From Haloquadratum walsbyi C23 (GTDB lineage Archaea > Halobacteriota > Halobacteria > Halobacteriales > Haloferacaceae), in the NCBI RefSeq assembly GCF_000237865.1, contig NC_017459.1, positions 1,950,001 to 1,982,000 of the forward strand: DNA of 32,000 bases, written 5' to 3'. The notes under the pieces are model-generated. The model did not search any database. It saw only the letters and a program-made list of their open reading frames with translations, and was not told where the DNA came from. The number at the start of each line of letters is the position of its first letter. Position 1 is the stretch's first letter. Positions 16,149 through 25,525 of this stretch are shown piece by piece. The position numbers were made by a program, and so were the translations under genes.

Positions 16149-18921
16149 ATCAACATCTGAGAGTAAGACTAAGACTGAGACGGAGACAGAACAGAGGAAT
16201 GACCTTTCGAACTCAGGCAATTCATCAGAGGATGCGTCGCGTCCTGGGTCATCACCGGTCAGCACTGAGTCTGACCCTGATAATGATGACACATCAGTGT
16301 CAGCAAATACAATCGTCAAACAATACATTGAATCAGCCGCAGAGAGTGTTGGAGCGTTGTGGCCGATTCATTCATTTGTGACAGCTAATCCACTCAACGG
16401 GTTTGAGGACCAACCATTTCACAAGGCTGTCGCTGCAGGCGCAACCCGATTTGGTGGTGATGGATATCCTGATTCAGATGTGTTTGAGCACGCATGGAAG
16501 ACTGGACAGATTAATCAAGAAATTCTCAAAAAGACACTGGATGAGTATGAGACTGATCACACCCCAGCATCAGCTATCGCTGCAATCGACTCAGGTACAC
16601 AAGCAACATCAGGTCGTGATACGGGAGTAAGAACGGGAACAGGGGTGGGCGATGAAATAAATAATTGGGATGAAATTGACAAACGAGTGATAAAGTGGCT
16701 CTCAGCATTCCTTGACGCAGGGAGTGCAGAATGGGAGATGCCAAATCGTGGGAGTGGATTTTATACGGCTTTTCAATCAGTTGCCACATATGACACGATG
16801 ATTCCTGATACTGATTTGATTGAGGATCCACCAGCTGACCCAATTGATGCTGTTTCCACGGTGCTTGCGTCGTATCCAAGATCACAATGGAGTGAGATCA
16901 TTGAAGCGCAAATAACGGCACTTCCAGGATGGACAGGGTTGATATGTTATCGAACTGAGAATGAAACGGCGTGGCAGACAGCATACCCAATTACACTTGT
17001 TGGGTATCTTGCGGCTCGTATGATGCTCGCAGATGCGCTTTCAATACCACTCGACAGTATCTCCCGACCAGCACATTCAGTCACGAGCACAGAAGAATCA
17101 ACAGCAGATATCGAAACGTATCCACTTCAAGAGATTATACTAATCGCATGGGAGCGTACCTACCGCGAAGAGCTTATTGAGCAAATTGCTGATACTGCAG
17201 ATAATCATAAGCATGAGCATGATCATGAGCATGATGCCGACACGACAATAGGAGATGATGTAGAGCCACAGGCGGACTCACGTTCATCCTCGGTTCGTCC
17301 AGATGCACAACTTGTATTTTGTATTGACACACGATCAGAAATTATTCGTCGACATATTGAATCAACAGGTCAATATGAGACTTATGGATATGCTGGATTC
17401 TTTGGAATTCCAATGCGATATAGAGGGTATGATGATGCTGTCAGCATTGATGCATGTCCGCCGATTGTCGATGCACAGCACCGTATCAGTGAGAGTGCAA
17501 AACATCCAGACGAGAACAAGACACCGAATGGTCAATATAATTCTCGATATGAGCGTATACGCGACATATATGATGCAGGGATAGATATTGTTGATTCGCT
17601 CGCATCAAACGTAACGACAGCATTTAATTTTGTTGAGACGACCGGGAGCGGCTATGGAGTCGGACTTGCAGTCCGGACGTTGTTCCCACAGAGGGTATAT
17701 GATATCCTGACGCGGATTGAGAATCGATTACCGCGTATAGATGTTATCTCACAGCCACAACTCAACACAGCGACTGGAGAAGTGAATCAATATAGTCACA
17801 ATGAAACAGATGGATCACATTCTGAGGATGTACTTCCATACGGACTCACTCATCAGGAGCGCGTCGAATATGCCGCATCGGCGTTTGAATTGATGGGATT
17901 GAAAACATTCGGTCGTGTTGTTGGGTTTATTGGACACGCTAGTCAGACTGCAAACAATCCATTCGGGTCAAGTCTTGACTGTGGTGCGTGTGCAGGGAAT
18001 GCCGGAGGACCGAGTGCGCGTGTGCTTGCACAGATCTGCAATGATGATGCGGTTAAATCATCGCTTCGTGACCGTGGAATCGATATTCCAGTAGATACGG
18101 TGTTTATTGCAGGTGAACATACCACAACGACAGATAAAATAACACTCTATACTGAGGCAATTCCGGATAGCCATCAGGACGATATTAGATCACTACAAGC
18201 AGACCTCTCTATCGCTCAGGAGGATGCAGCGGCTGAACGTCTTGAATCACTCAGTGGCGATACCACAGTGGATGCCATCCAAGACATTGAGCGACGAGCC
18301 GCTGATTGGGCGGAAACGCGCCCAGAATGGGGACTTGCTGGTAATGCCGGCTTTGTTATCGGCCCCCGACGGCTGACAGATGACGTTGATCTCGAGGGTC
18401 GTGTGTTCTTACACTCATACGACTGGCAACAGGATGAAACCGGAAGCGCACTCAAATCAATTTTGACTGGACCACTGATTGTGACGCAGTGGATCAACGC
18501 ACAGTATTACTTTGCAACCGTCGACACAGCGGTTTATGGTAGTGGCTCAAAGGTTACACAGAATCCAGTGGGGAATGTTGGTATTTATCAAGGTAATGGT
18601 GGCGATCTTATGCGAGGATTACCGATTCAGTCCGTTCGAAAAAGCACTGACAATCTATATCATCAGCCGATTAGACTCTCGACGGTCGTCCATGCACCAG
18701 TATCAAAGGTCACGCACGCACTTGCTGATCTTGAGTCTGTCACTGAGCTGTTAGATAATAATTGGATTTCGCTGACTGTTATTGATCCAACACGCGAAAA
18801 CGATGCATTTCATTATGTGAAAGAGCTTAAATGGCTACCACATGGGGAGGGGTACAAACACGATGCTACCGAATGCATCTCCCCACAGAAAAACCAGACT
18901 GTCTCGTCATCAAGCGATTGA
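16135..18921 (+). CDS. dabA: DabA: DUF2309-family (beta-carbonic-anhydrase-like) subunit of a DAB inorganic-carbon pump
   Basis: 928 aa. The family signatures FCIDTRSE (about 17317-17340) and [22 protein letters not shown] (about 17935-18000) carry the Cys/Asp and His/Cys residues used as Zn ligands in characterised DabA. It is coupled to the NuoL-like gene. Confidence 0.85.
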   Translation: MMTTESTSESKTKTETETEQRNDLSNSGNSSEDASRPGSSPVSTESDPDNDDTSVSANTIVKQYIESAAESVGALWPIHSFVTANPLNGFEDQPFHKAVAAGATRFGGDGYPDSDVFEHAWKTGQINQEILKKTLDEYETDHTPASAIAAIDSGTQATSGRDTGVRTGTGVGDEINNWDEIDKRVIKWLSAFLDAGSAEWEMPNRGSGFYTAFQSVATYDTMIPDTDLIEDPPADPIDAVSTVLASYPRSQWSEIIEAQITALPGWTGLICYRTENETAWQTAYPITLVGYLAARMMLADALSIPLDSISRPAHSVTSTEESTADIETYPLQEIILIAWERTYREELIEQIADTADNHKHEHDHEHDADTTIGDDVEPQADSRSSSVRPDAQLVFCIDTRSEIIRRHIESTGQYETYGYAGFFGIPMRYRGYDDAVSIDACPPIVDAQHRISESAKHPDENKTPNGQYNSRYERIRDIYDAGIDIVDSLASNVTTAFNFVETTGSGYGVGLAVRTLFPQRVYDILTRIENRLPRIDVISQPQLNTATGEVNQYSHNETDGSHSEDVLPYGLTHQERVEYAASAFELMGLKTFGRVVGFIGHASQTANNPFGSSLDCGACAGNAGGPSARVLAQICNDDAVKSSLRDRGIDIPVDTVFIAGEHTTTTDKITLYTEAIPDSHQDDIRSLQADLSIAQEDAAAERLESLSGDTTVDAIQDIERRAADWAETRPEWGLAGNAGFVIGPRRLTDDVDLEGRVFLHSYDWQQDETGSALKSILTGPLIVTQWINAQYYFATVDTAVYGSGSKVTQNPVGNVGIYQGNGGDLMRGLPIQSVRKSTDNLYHQPIRLSTVVHAPVSKVTHALADLESVTELLDNNWISLTVIDPTRENDAFHYVKELKWLPHGEGYKHDATECISPQKNQTVSSSSD

Positions 18922-19131
18922 ACCACCCATCAACAAATGGGCACGGGTCAACTGCTTTGGGATCAAGCCCCGAGGTATCCGTCTTGATTCTTGATGAATT
19001 GAACTCAATCAATCGGAGGCTGTTATTTTCGTTCATGAGAGAATATCGCATAGCGGGTAGTGGGTTTCAGGGTTTGTATCAGTGAACTATATGCATATCC
19101 TCAGGGTGGAGTCGATAACCCACATCCAGTA

Positions 19132-19875
19132 TCATACATCGTTTATCGGGTCAATTAATGACGATTCATCGTTTTCAGGACTGTTTACACGGGTTGAGAC
19201 AGGATATGCTTCCAATTTATCTCCTGAATATGGCGTAAGTAATGACTCAACAGTGTCAGTATCTTCATGAAGCCATGCTGATTCTGACTCGGGTGGAAGA
19301 ACAACAGCCATTCGATGGTGAAGAGAGGACACAACCTCGTTTGGCTCCGTTGTAAGGATTGTAAATGACTCGATGGCTCCTGTTGCGTCAGTAGTTGTGT
19401 TATCTGTCTCTCCAGCGCCAAAGTCACCAAGTCCGGTCTGTGTATGCGTCGGTTCCCATCGTTCCCAGAGTCCAGCCATTGCAAAGATTCGGTCATCTGT
19501 GAAGGCGACTCGGTACGGTTGTTTACTGTCGTTGCCTTTCTTCAGGTCACCATCGTCACTGACCCACTCATAAAATCCGTCTGCAGGAACAAGACATCGC
19601 TGTGATTCATACGCAGTTGCAAAAGTTGGCTTATCTGCGACTGTCTCTGCGCGAGCATTTATTTGCCCACCAGTATCATCATCCGCCCATGAGGGAATCA
19701 GTCCCCATTTTAGTTCCTGGAACCGATTTGGATTTGCATTCGTAATTACCGGGAGTGTCTGTCCTGGCGCACAGTTGTATCGTGGGAGCGCGTCTGCTAT
19801 CGTCGGCGGGGCAGTTGCATCAAATCGATCACTAAGTTCTGATGCAGAAGCGGAGAGCGTGTAACGACCACACAT
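19132..19875 (-). CDS. SRAP-domain protein (SOS-response-associated peptidase, HMCES/YedK-like abasic-site sensor)
   Basis: 247 aa. The N-terminus MCGRYTL carries the catalytic Cys2, and WGLIPSW and YEW-type family motifs are present. Confidence 0.9.
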   Translation of the reverse strand: MCGRYTLSASASELSDRFDATAPPTIADALPRYNCAPGQTLPVITNANPNRFQELKWGLIPSWADDDTGGQINARAETVADKPTFATAYESQRCLVPADGFYEWVSDDGDLKKGNDSKQPYRVAFTDDRIFAMAGLWERWEPTHTQTGLGDFGAGETDNTTTDATGAIESFTILTTEPNEVVSSLHHRMAVVLPPESESAWLHEDTDTVESLLTPYSGDKLEAYPVSTRVNSPENDESSLIDPINDV

Positions 19876-19942
19876 AATATACTAATTTGGGAGAAACGTC
19901 TTAATTCCTCCAGGCGAAATCCTCACAGCATAAACCGCTCAC

Positions 19943-20017
19943 GCGTTGAGCATAGTCGGTGGAGTCAACGCTGTGATTGCTATTCTTCTCTGTATTATCA
20001 TGAATCAACGACGTTGA
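19943..20017. promoter_or_regulatory. Candidate operator: four CGTTGA half-sites forming two inverted pairs in a divergent promoter region
   Basis: GCGTTGA (19943-19949) and TCAACGC (19965-19971) are separated by 15 bp. A perfect palindrome TCAACG-A-CGTTGA lies at 20005-20017. Both sit between the divergent starts at 19875 and 20092. Confidence 0.3.
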
Positions 20018-20091
20018 ATATCCATATTCTGTAGTTTCATAACTCACTGATAATAAGAAGAAATTAATTTATCGGTTGCTGAAAATAGTGT

Positions 20092-20877
20092 ATGCGAATT
20101 GAGAATAGTTTTATTCCTGTCTCAGGCGTTGGCGAGTCGCGCGAGCGTTCACTATGGGAGGCAGATATCATTTCTTGGGAACGATTTGACCCGACAGATG
20201 CCCCTGTCGGTCCAAAGACAGCAACAGCAATTGAATCCTTCCTTGCAGAAGCACTCCCGCGACTTGATGACGGCGATACACAGTATTTCAATGAGCAATT
20301 TCCCGATAGTGAAATTTGGCGACTGTATGAAAATACTCGTACCGAGACGGTATTCTTCGATATAGAAACCACAGGACTCGATGCAGGGTATAATGATGTT
20401 ACGACAGTCTCATTTCATCAACAAGACGAGACCACAACACTTGTTCGCGGTGACGACCTGACACGCAACCGAGTGCGTGAACAGTTTCGCACTGCACCAC
20501 TTATTGCTTCATTCAATGGCAAACGATTTGATGTCCCATTTCTAGAGCAGTGCTTTGATATATCGATTGAAACACCACATCTTGATTTGATGTATCCATG
20601 TCGACGAGTCAATTTGACTGGCGGATTAAAGTCAATCGAGAATGAAATTGGCATTGACCGTGATCGACCTGATCTTTCAGGTCGGGATGCAGTCCGGCTG
20701 TGGAGTCAATATAAACGAAATAATGACACTGATGCGCTTGAGACGCTAATCTCATATAATCGTGATGATACGGTGAATCTTCGTAATCTTGCTGACGTTG
20801 TGGCGCGAACGCTGCATGAGCAATCGCTGGGGGCGGCAACTGGGACACCGTGCGGAATTGCGGATCCACGCGAATAA
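20092..20877 (+). CDS. RNase H-fold DEDD 3'-5' exonuclease-like protein (YprB/COG3359-like)
   Basis: 261 aa. Exo motifs are VFFDIETTG (DxE), SFNGKRFDVPFL and YNRDD. Confidence 0.8.
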   Translation: MRIENSFIPVSGVGESRERSLWEADIISWERFDPTDAPVGPKTATAIESFLAEALPRLDDGDTQYFNEQFPDSEIWRLYENTRTETVFFDIETTGLDAGYNDVTTVSFHQQDETTTLVRGDDLTRNRVREQFRTAPLIASFNGKRFDVPFLEQCFDISIETPHLDLMYPCRRVNLTGGLKSIENEIGIDRDRPDLSGRDAVRLWSQYKRNNDTDALETLISYNRDDTVNLRNLADVVARTLHEQSLGAATGTPCGIADPRE

Positions 20878-20930
20878 GCTGCTTTTTGGTCGACCTAAAA
20901 ATAGAAATACCTCGGTCAGAAATAGCTGGC

Positions 20931-21632
20931 ATGGACGATATAGCATATACATTTGATGATCTCACAGTTGTAATGGGAACATATAATGAATCAGATGCAA
21001 TCACGTCAGTGCTGACAGATATTGAACGTGTGACTGACGGGCATGCTGATATTGTTTGTGTTGATAGTTCAGATGATCGAACTCCTGAGATTGCTCGTGA
21101 ACATGGAGCAACAGTGATCGAACAGCCACCACGTGGATATGGGTACGCTGTTGAGACTGCATTGTCTAAAGCAGAGACACCTGTCATTGTAACGACTGAT
21201 TGTGATGATACATATCCAATGGATGCACTTCCAACGTTTCTTACACTTATCAATGATGGATATGATGTCGTATCTGGTGATCGGCTGTACTATGGGGCTA
21301 CAGCAATGCCATTGTTGAATCGCATTGGGAATGCAGCGTTCGCGCTTGTTGCCTCAGCACTTGTTGGCGAACGTGTTCATGATACAACAACAGGGATGCG
21401 TGCATATCGTCGGCGTGTAATTGAGGATATTGAGTGGACTGAGAATACTGGATTATCCGCAGAACTATTACTGAGACCACTTTGTCGTGGCTATCAAGTT
21501 CGAGAGGAACCGATCACATATGATGAGCGATTAGGTGAGACAACACTCGACCCAGTTGACGGGGGACTTGCGATTGCCAAGTCAATTGTTACTATAGGAA
21601 TTGAAGAGCGACTTGGTATTACACTCACCTGA
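20931..21632 (+). CDS. Family 2 glycosyltransferase (dolichyl-phosphate hexose synthase-like)
   Basis: The ORF is 20850-21632, with a likely start at ATG 20931 (MDDIAYTFDDLTVVMGTYNE). The DxD motif is TDCDDTY, and the sequence is typical GT-A (VDSSDDRTPEIA). Confidence 0.85.
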   Translation: MDDIAYTFDDLTVVMGTYNESDAITSVLTDIERVTDGHADIVCVDSSDDRTPEIAREHGATVIEQPPRGYGYAVETALSKAETPVIVTTDCDDTYPMDALPTFLTLINDGYDVVSGDRLYYGATAMPLLNRIGNAAFALVASALVGERVHDTTTGMRAYRRRVIEDIEWTENTGLSAELLLRPLCRGYQVREEPITYDERLGETTLDPVDGGLAIAKSIVTIGIEERLGITLT

Positions 21633-21837
21633 GAATATCAGCAACACGGCGAGGTTCATCGCCGAGTGTTGGATCCTGTTCAATTATTTTAAGCACTTCA
21701 TGATCAGTGACGTCTGGGTATGGCTTCTCGATTGCTTCCTCAATAAGCGTTTTTTCCAGTCGAAATTCAGTTCCGTCATAGATCACATCAACGCCATCGT
21801 CGTCAAATGAGAGAACAGTCATACATGTATTATTCAA
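21625..21837 (-). CDS. Small acidic hypothetical protein
   Basis: 70 aa with halophile-like acidic composition (..SFDDDGVDVIYDGTEFRLEKTLIEEAIEKPYPDVTDHEVLKIIEQDP..). It converges on the GT2 gene with an 8-nt overlap. The start is uncertain (21837 or 21822). Confidence 0.5.
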   Translation of the reverse strand: MNNTCMTVLSFDDDGVDVIYDGTEFRLEKTLIEEAIEKPYPDVTDHEVLKIIEQDPTLGDEPRRVADILR

Positions 21838-21923
21838 TCGGTGAATAAAAACGCGTTACTCTGCAATCGTGAGATGTTCACTAGTGCCTGTCTGACGGGT
21901 GTCGTACGGGTCGTTTATTAGGG

Positions 21924-22826
21924 ATGCGTCTCGTGTTGAAAAGTGTGTCATTCGGGAATGATCCGTTCGACTCGCTAACGATTCCTGACGGCACGACCGT
22001 CGAGGAATATGATCTTGTTACCGAGGGGAATGTAATGATTGGCGGTCAAAGCACCGTCGAGTTCGGCGTGAGAGCACGAAATATTCTCGCCGGTGAGCGT
22101 GTTCAATTCGGTGGAAGTATTGAAGCGGAGCGCGATTGCCGACTTGATGTCTGGTGTGAGGTCGCCGACAACGTTCTTGTTGGAAAAGATGCATATCTTG
22201 GTGAACGGGTACACATCGGAGGACAGCTATTGGTTGCTGGTGATCTTGACATTGGCGATGACGTGACGGTTGAAGAAGGATTTGAAGCAAATGGATGGAT
22301 TGTAATTCGCAACCCAGTATCCTCACTGGTATTTTACTTTATTATCCTCTCACATCTACTGCAGGTTAATGAAAGCGAGGCAGCAAGCGAATTCGTTCAA
22401 GAAATCGCGGCTGAAGCAGAGAATAATACTGACGATGCAGATACTGATAGCAATGATGTAATGATGATTGTTATTCCGCGTGGAGCAACAGTATCAGATG
22501 ATATCTGGCAGGTATCCACACCGGCATCGATTGGTGATGACTGCCGGCTTCACGGAAATGTCCGGGCAGCATCGATTACTGTTGGTTGTGACACCAATTT
22601 ATTCGGGAGTCTTCGCGCTCGCGGAGATATCGATATTGATGAGCGAACACGAATCCATGGGGATGTCACAACGCGTAATGGTGCTGTTTCAATCAGTGCT
22701 GGCGCTCGAATTCGCGGCGATGTTGTTTGTGATAATCTTCAATTGCACGATGATGCGGAGGTGTATGGGACGATTCGCGCAAGCGGTGAGGTGAATATTG
22801 TCCATGCACCGATTGCCGATGAGTAA
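21924..22826 (+). CDS. Polymer-forming cytoskeletal protein with two bactofilin-like beta-helix domains (halofilin-like)
   Basis: 300 aa. Residues 30-130 and 180-300 carry degenerate bactofilin-type repeats (GERVQFGGSIEAERDCRLDVWCEV..GERVHIGGQLLVAGDLDIGDDVTV; CRLHGNVRAASITVG..TRIHGDVTTRNGAVSISAGARIRGDVV). A hydrophobic segment VSSLVFYFIILSHLLQV (22317-22367) and an acidic linker separate the two regions. Confidence 0.8.
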   Translation: MRLVLKSVSFGNDPFDSLTIPDGTTVEEYDLVTEGNVMIGGQSTVEFGVRARNILAGERVQFGGSIEAERDCRLDVWCEVADNVLVGKDAYLGERVHIGGQLLVAGDLDIGDDVTVEEGFEANGWIVIRNPVSSLVFYFIILSHLLQVNESEAASEFVQEIAAEAENNTDDADTDSNDVMMIVIPRGATVSDDIWQVSTPASIGDDCRLHGNVRAASITVGCDTNLFGSLRARGDIDIDERTRIHGDVTTRNGAVSISAGARIRGDVVCDNLQLHDDAEVYGTIRASGEVNIVHAPIADE

Positions 22827-22880
22827 TCATACACGTGATGGACGGAAACGTACTTGCCGGCGTCTCGCCTTCCTGTCAGT

Positions 22881-24053
22881 ATGCTCTCTATTGCGCTTGC
22901 CGGAAAACCGAATGCCGGTAAATCGACCTTCTATCAGGCAGCAACGATGGCTGATGTTGATGTTGGGAACTATCCATTTACCACAATTGATCCGAATCAG
23001 GGAGTTACACATGCACGAACCCGCTGTCCCTGTCTTGATACAGAAACTCGGTGTGGAAACTGCACGGATGGGATTAGATACGTTCCAGTCGAGTTGCTTG
23101 ATGTTGCTGGGCTTGTTCCCGGTGCGCATGAGGGTCGCGGACTTGGAAATCAGTTTCTTGATGCACTAACTGACGCTGACGCTATTCTTGCTGTTGTCGA
23201 TGCGGCAGGTGCAACTAATGCTCAAGGTGATCCCGTCGAAGTTGGGACATATGACCCGGTTGAGGAGGCTAATTTCGTTGAGGAAGAGTTAGAACAATGG
23301 CTCGCTGGAATTATTGACCGCAATTGGGAAACAGTCGTTCGTCAGTCCCGGGCACCAGAGTTTAAGATTGATGAGGCAGTGACAGAATTGCTGACGGGAT
23401 TCGGAGCGAGTGAACATGATGTTGCAACCGCGCTCCGGTCAATATCGTATCCTGATGACCCACAACAGTGGAGCATGGACGATCAGATGGCACTCGCAGT
23501 TGATATCCGCGAACGAACAAAGCCAATCGTACTTGTGGCGAATAAGGCTGACATTGCCCCTGTCGAAAATATCAATCGACTCCACGATACCTCAAAGCCG
23601 GTCGTTCCAGCGACAGCAGATGGGGAACGCGCCCTTCGCCGAGCTGCAGACGCCGATTTAATTGAATATAATCCAGGAGATACAGCAATCACAATTACCG
23701 GGGATATCTCTTCAACACAACAGGCAGGTCTTGAGACGATTCAGAATGTGATGGAAAATACCGATGGGACAGGTGTGCAAGCAGCTATCAATACAGCTGT
23801 TTATCATCTTCTTGAAATGATTACTGTTTATCCAGTGGAAAATGAGACCCGATGGACCGATGGAAGCGACGATATGCTTCCAGATGCGGTCTTACTCCGA
23901 AAAGGGTCAACCCCGCTTGATCTTGCATATGCAGTCCACTCTGATATTGGCGATGGATATCTATACGCCGTTGATGCACGCGCAGAACGACGGATTAGCG
24001 AGGATCATGAACTCTCTGAGGGAGCCGTCGTTAAGATTGTAAGCACAGCTTGA
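22881..24053 (+). CDS. Obg/YchF-family P-loop GTPase with a C-terminal TGS domain
   Basis: G1 is GKPNAGKST, G2 is YPFTTI, G3 is DVAGLV and G4 is NKAD. The C-terminus is TGS-like (..LRKGSTPLDLAYAVHSDIGDGYLYAVDA..). The likely start is ATG 22881; the ORF extends to 22854. Confidence 0.9.
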   Translation: MLSIALAGKPNAGKSTFYQAATMADVDVGNYPFTTIDPNQGVTHARTRCPCLDTETRCGNCTDGIRYVPVELLDVAGLVPGAHEGRGLGNQFLDALTDADAILAVVDAAGATNAQGDPVEVGTYDPVEEANFVEEELEQWLAGIIDRNWETVVRQSRAPEFKIDEAVTELLTGFGASEHDVATALRSISYPDDPQQWSMDDQMALAVDIRERTKPIVLVANKADIAPVENINRLHDTSKPVVPATADGERALRRAADADLIEYNPGDTAITITGDISSTQQAGLETIQNVMENTDGTGVQAAINTAVYHLLEMITVYPVENETRWTDGSDDMLPDAVLLRKGSTPLDLAYAVHSDIGDGYLYAVDARAERRISEDHELSEGAVVKIVSTA

Positions 24054-24100
24054 TCATCCCAGAGCCAAAAAAAGCTTCTCTCAACGATTCTCGGTTATCC

Positions 24101-25243
24101 TCAGCTAACGGCAGTATATGCTTGTTGCATAATATCGAGTGCCTCGCGAAGTGATTCTTCATCAGTTGCATATGATAATCGAGCGTACCCATTGCCGTTC
24201 GCACCAAATGCATCACCAGGGACAATAATCACGCCACGCTCAAGACACTCCATGACAAATCCATCAGGAACTTTCGGCATACAGTAAAATGCACCACGTG
24301 GTGTTGGAACCTCAAGACCAATATCGGTAAGCCCATCGACAATGAGGTCACGCCGACGCTCAAATGAGTCCGTCATTTCAGTGATGACATCCTGCGGACC
24401 AGTAAGAGCAGCTTCTGCAGCAAATTGAGACGGGGCTGCCGCACATGCCTGTGTATATTGATGTACACGGAGCATGCGCTCAACCCGGGACGTCGAGCCA
24501 AGAACCCACCCAAGTCGCCATCCGGTCATTGAATATAATTTTGAAGCAGAATTCACCACAACCACATTATCACGGTCAGCAAACGCAAGTGGTGAGTGAA
24601 ATTCCCCATCAAAAACTGTGTACTCATACACTTCATCTGAGATACAGAACACATCATATTCATCAGCAATCCGAGCGAATTCACGGATATCCGTTTGTGA
24701 TGATACAGCACCAGTTGGGTTTCCTGGGCTATTAACAACGAATGCAGCAGTATCAGCAGTTATGCGCTCCTCAATAGCCGCAGGATCGAGTGTCAGATCG
24801 TCACGAAGTGGAACTGGAACAGGTGTCCCACCAGCGAGTCGGGTAAGGGCGTCATATGAGACAAACCCCGGATCAGGAACGAGAACCTCATCGCCGGGGT
24901 CAATATGTGCTTCCATAACAATATGGAGTGCCTCAGACCCGCCGGCAGTCGCGATAATCTCATCAGGATTAACAGTGATATTCTGATCACGCTGATGTTT
25001 CGCTGCGATTGCCTCACGAAGTGACATCATTCCTTTGTTCTCTGTGTACGCGTCTGCTTCACCTGCCTGAATTGCCTCAACGGCTGCATCACGTGCGTGT
25101 GCTGGTGCTGGGAAGTCGGGTTGTCCTAATCCAAGATTAATTGCGTCCTCACCTGCGGCCTCAAATACCTCTCGGATTCCACTGATTGATACTGACTCCA
25201 CACGATCAGAGAATGAGTACATATTCACATTGGAGATTGCCAC
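24101..25243 (-). CDS. Class I/II PLP-dependent aminotransferase (aspartate aminotransferase-like)
   Basis: 380 aa. The PLP-lysine motif is SASKLYSMTGWRLGW, and the family layout is typical (..GQPDFP.., ..NPGNPTG..). Confidence 0.9.
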   Translation of the reverse strand: MAISNVNMYSFSDRVESVSISGIREVFEAAGEDAINLGLGQPDFPAPAHARDAAVEAIQAGEADAYTENKGMMSLREAIAAKHQRDQNITVNPDEIIATAGGSEALHIVMEAHIDPGDEVLVPDPGFVSYDALTRLAGGTPVPVPLRDDLTLDPAAIEERITADTAAFVVNSPGNPTGAVSSQTDIREFARIADEYDVFCISDEVYEYTVFDGEFHSPLAFADRDNVVVVNSASKLYSMTGWRLGWVLGSTSRVERMLRVHQYTQACAAAPSQFAAEAALTGPQDVITEMTDSFERRRDLIVDGLTDIGLEVPTPRGAFYCMPKVPDGFVMECLERGVIIVPGDAFGANGNGYARLSYATDEESLREALDIMQQAYTAVS

Positions 25244-25525
25244 GAGGTTATTTCTTGTCTCTTTGCATCAGGTGATTTGTATTGTATGCATGTACTGATA
25301 CGATCTTCAAGCACATGAGAGACTGAGAATCTATATTCAGTTATTCGTGATCTTAAATAAGAAAATATTACCGGTATAACTGACAGAAACAAACTCGTAT
25401 ATCCTCCTATAACGGAATTATTGAACGGTAAAACGTGGTATTAGGTAGTCTTATGACGTCCGGTATATATGCGACCTTCGCCGGCTACCTGAGGCAAAAG
25501 CATGTTGACCATCTAGTTTGCTTAG

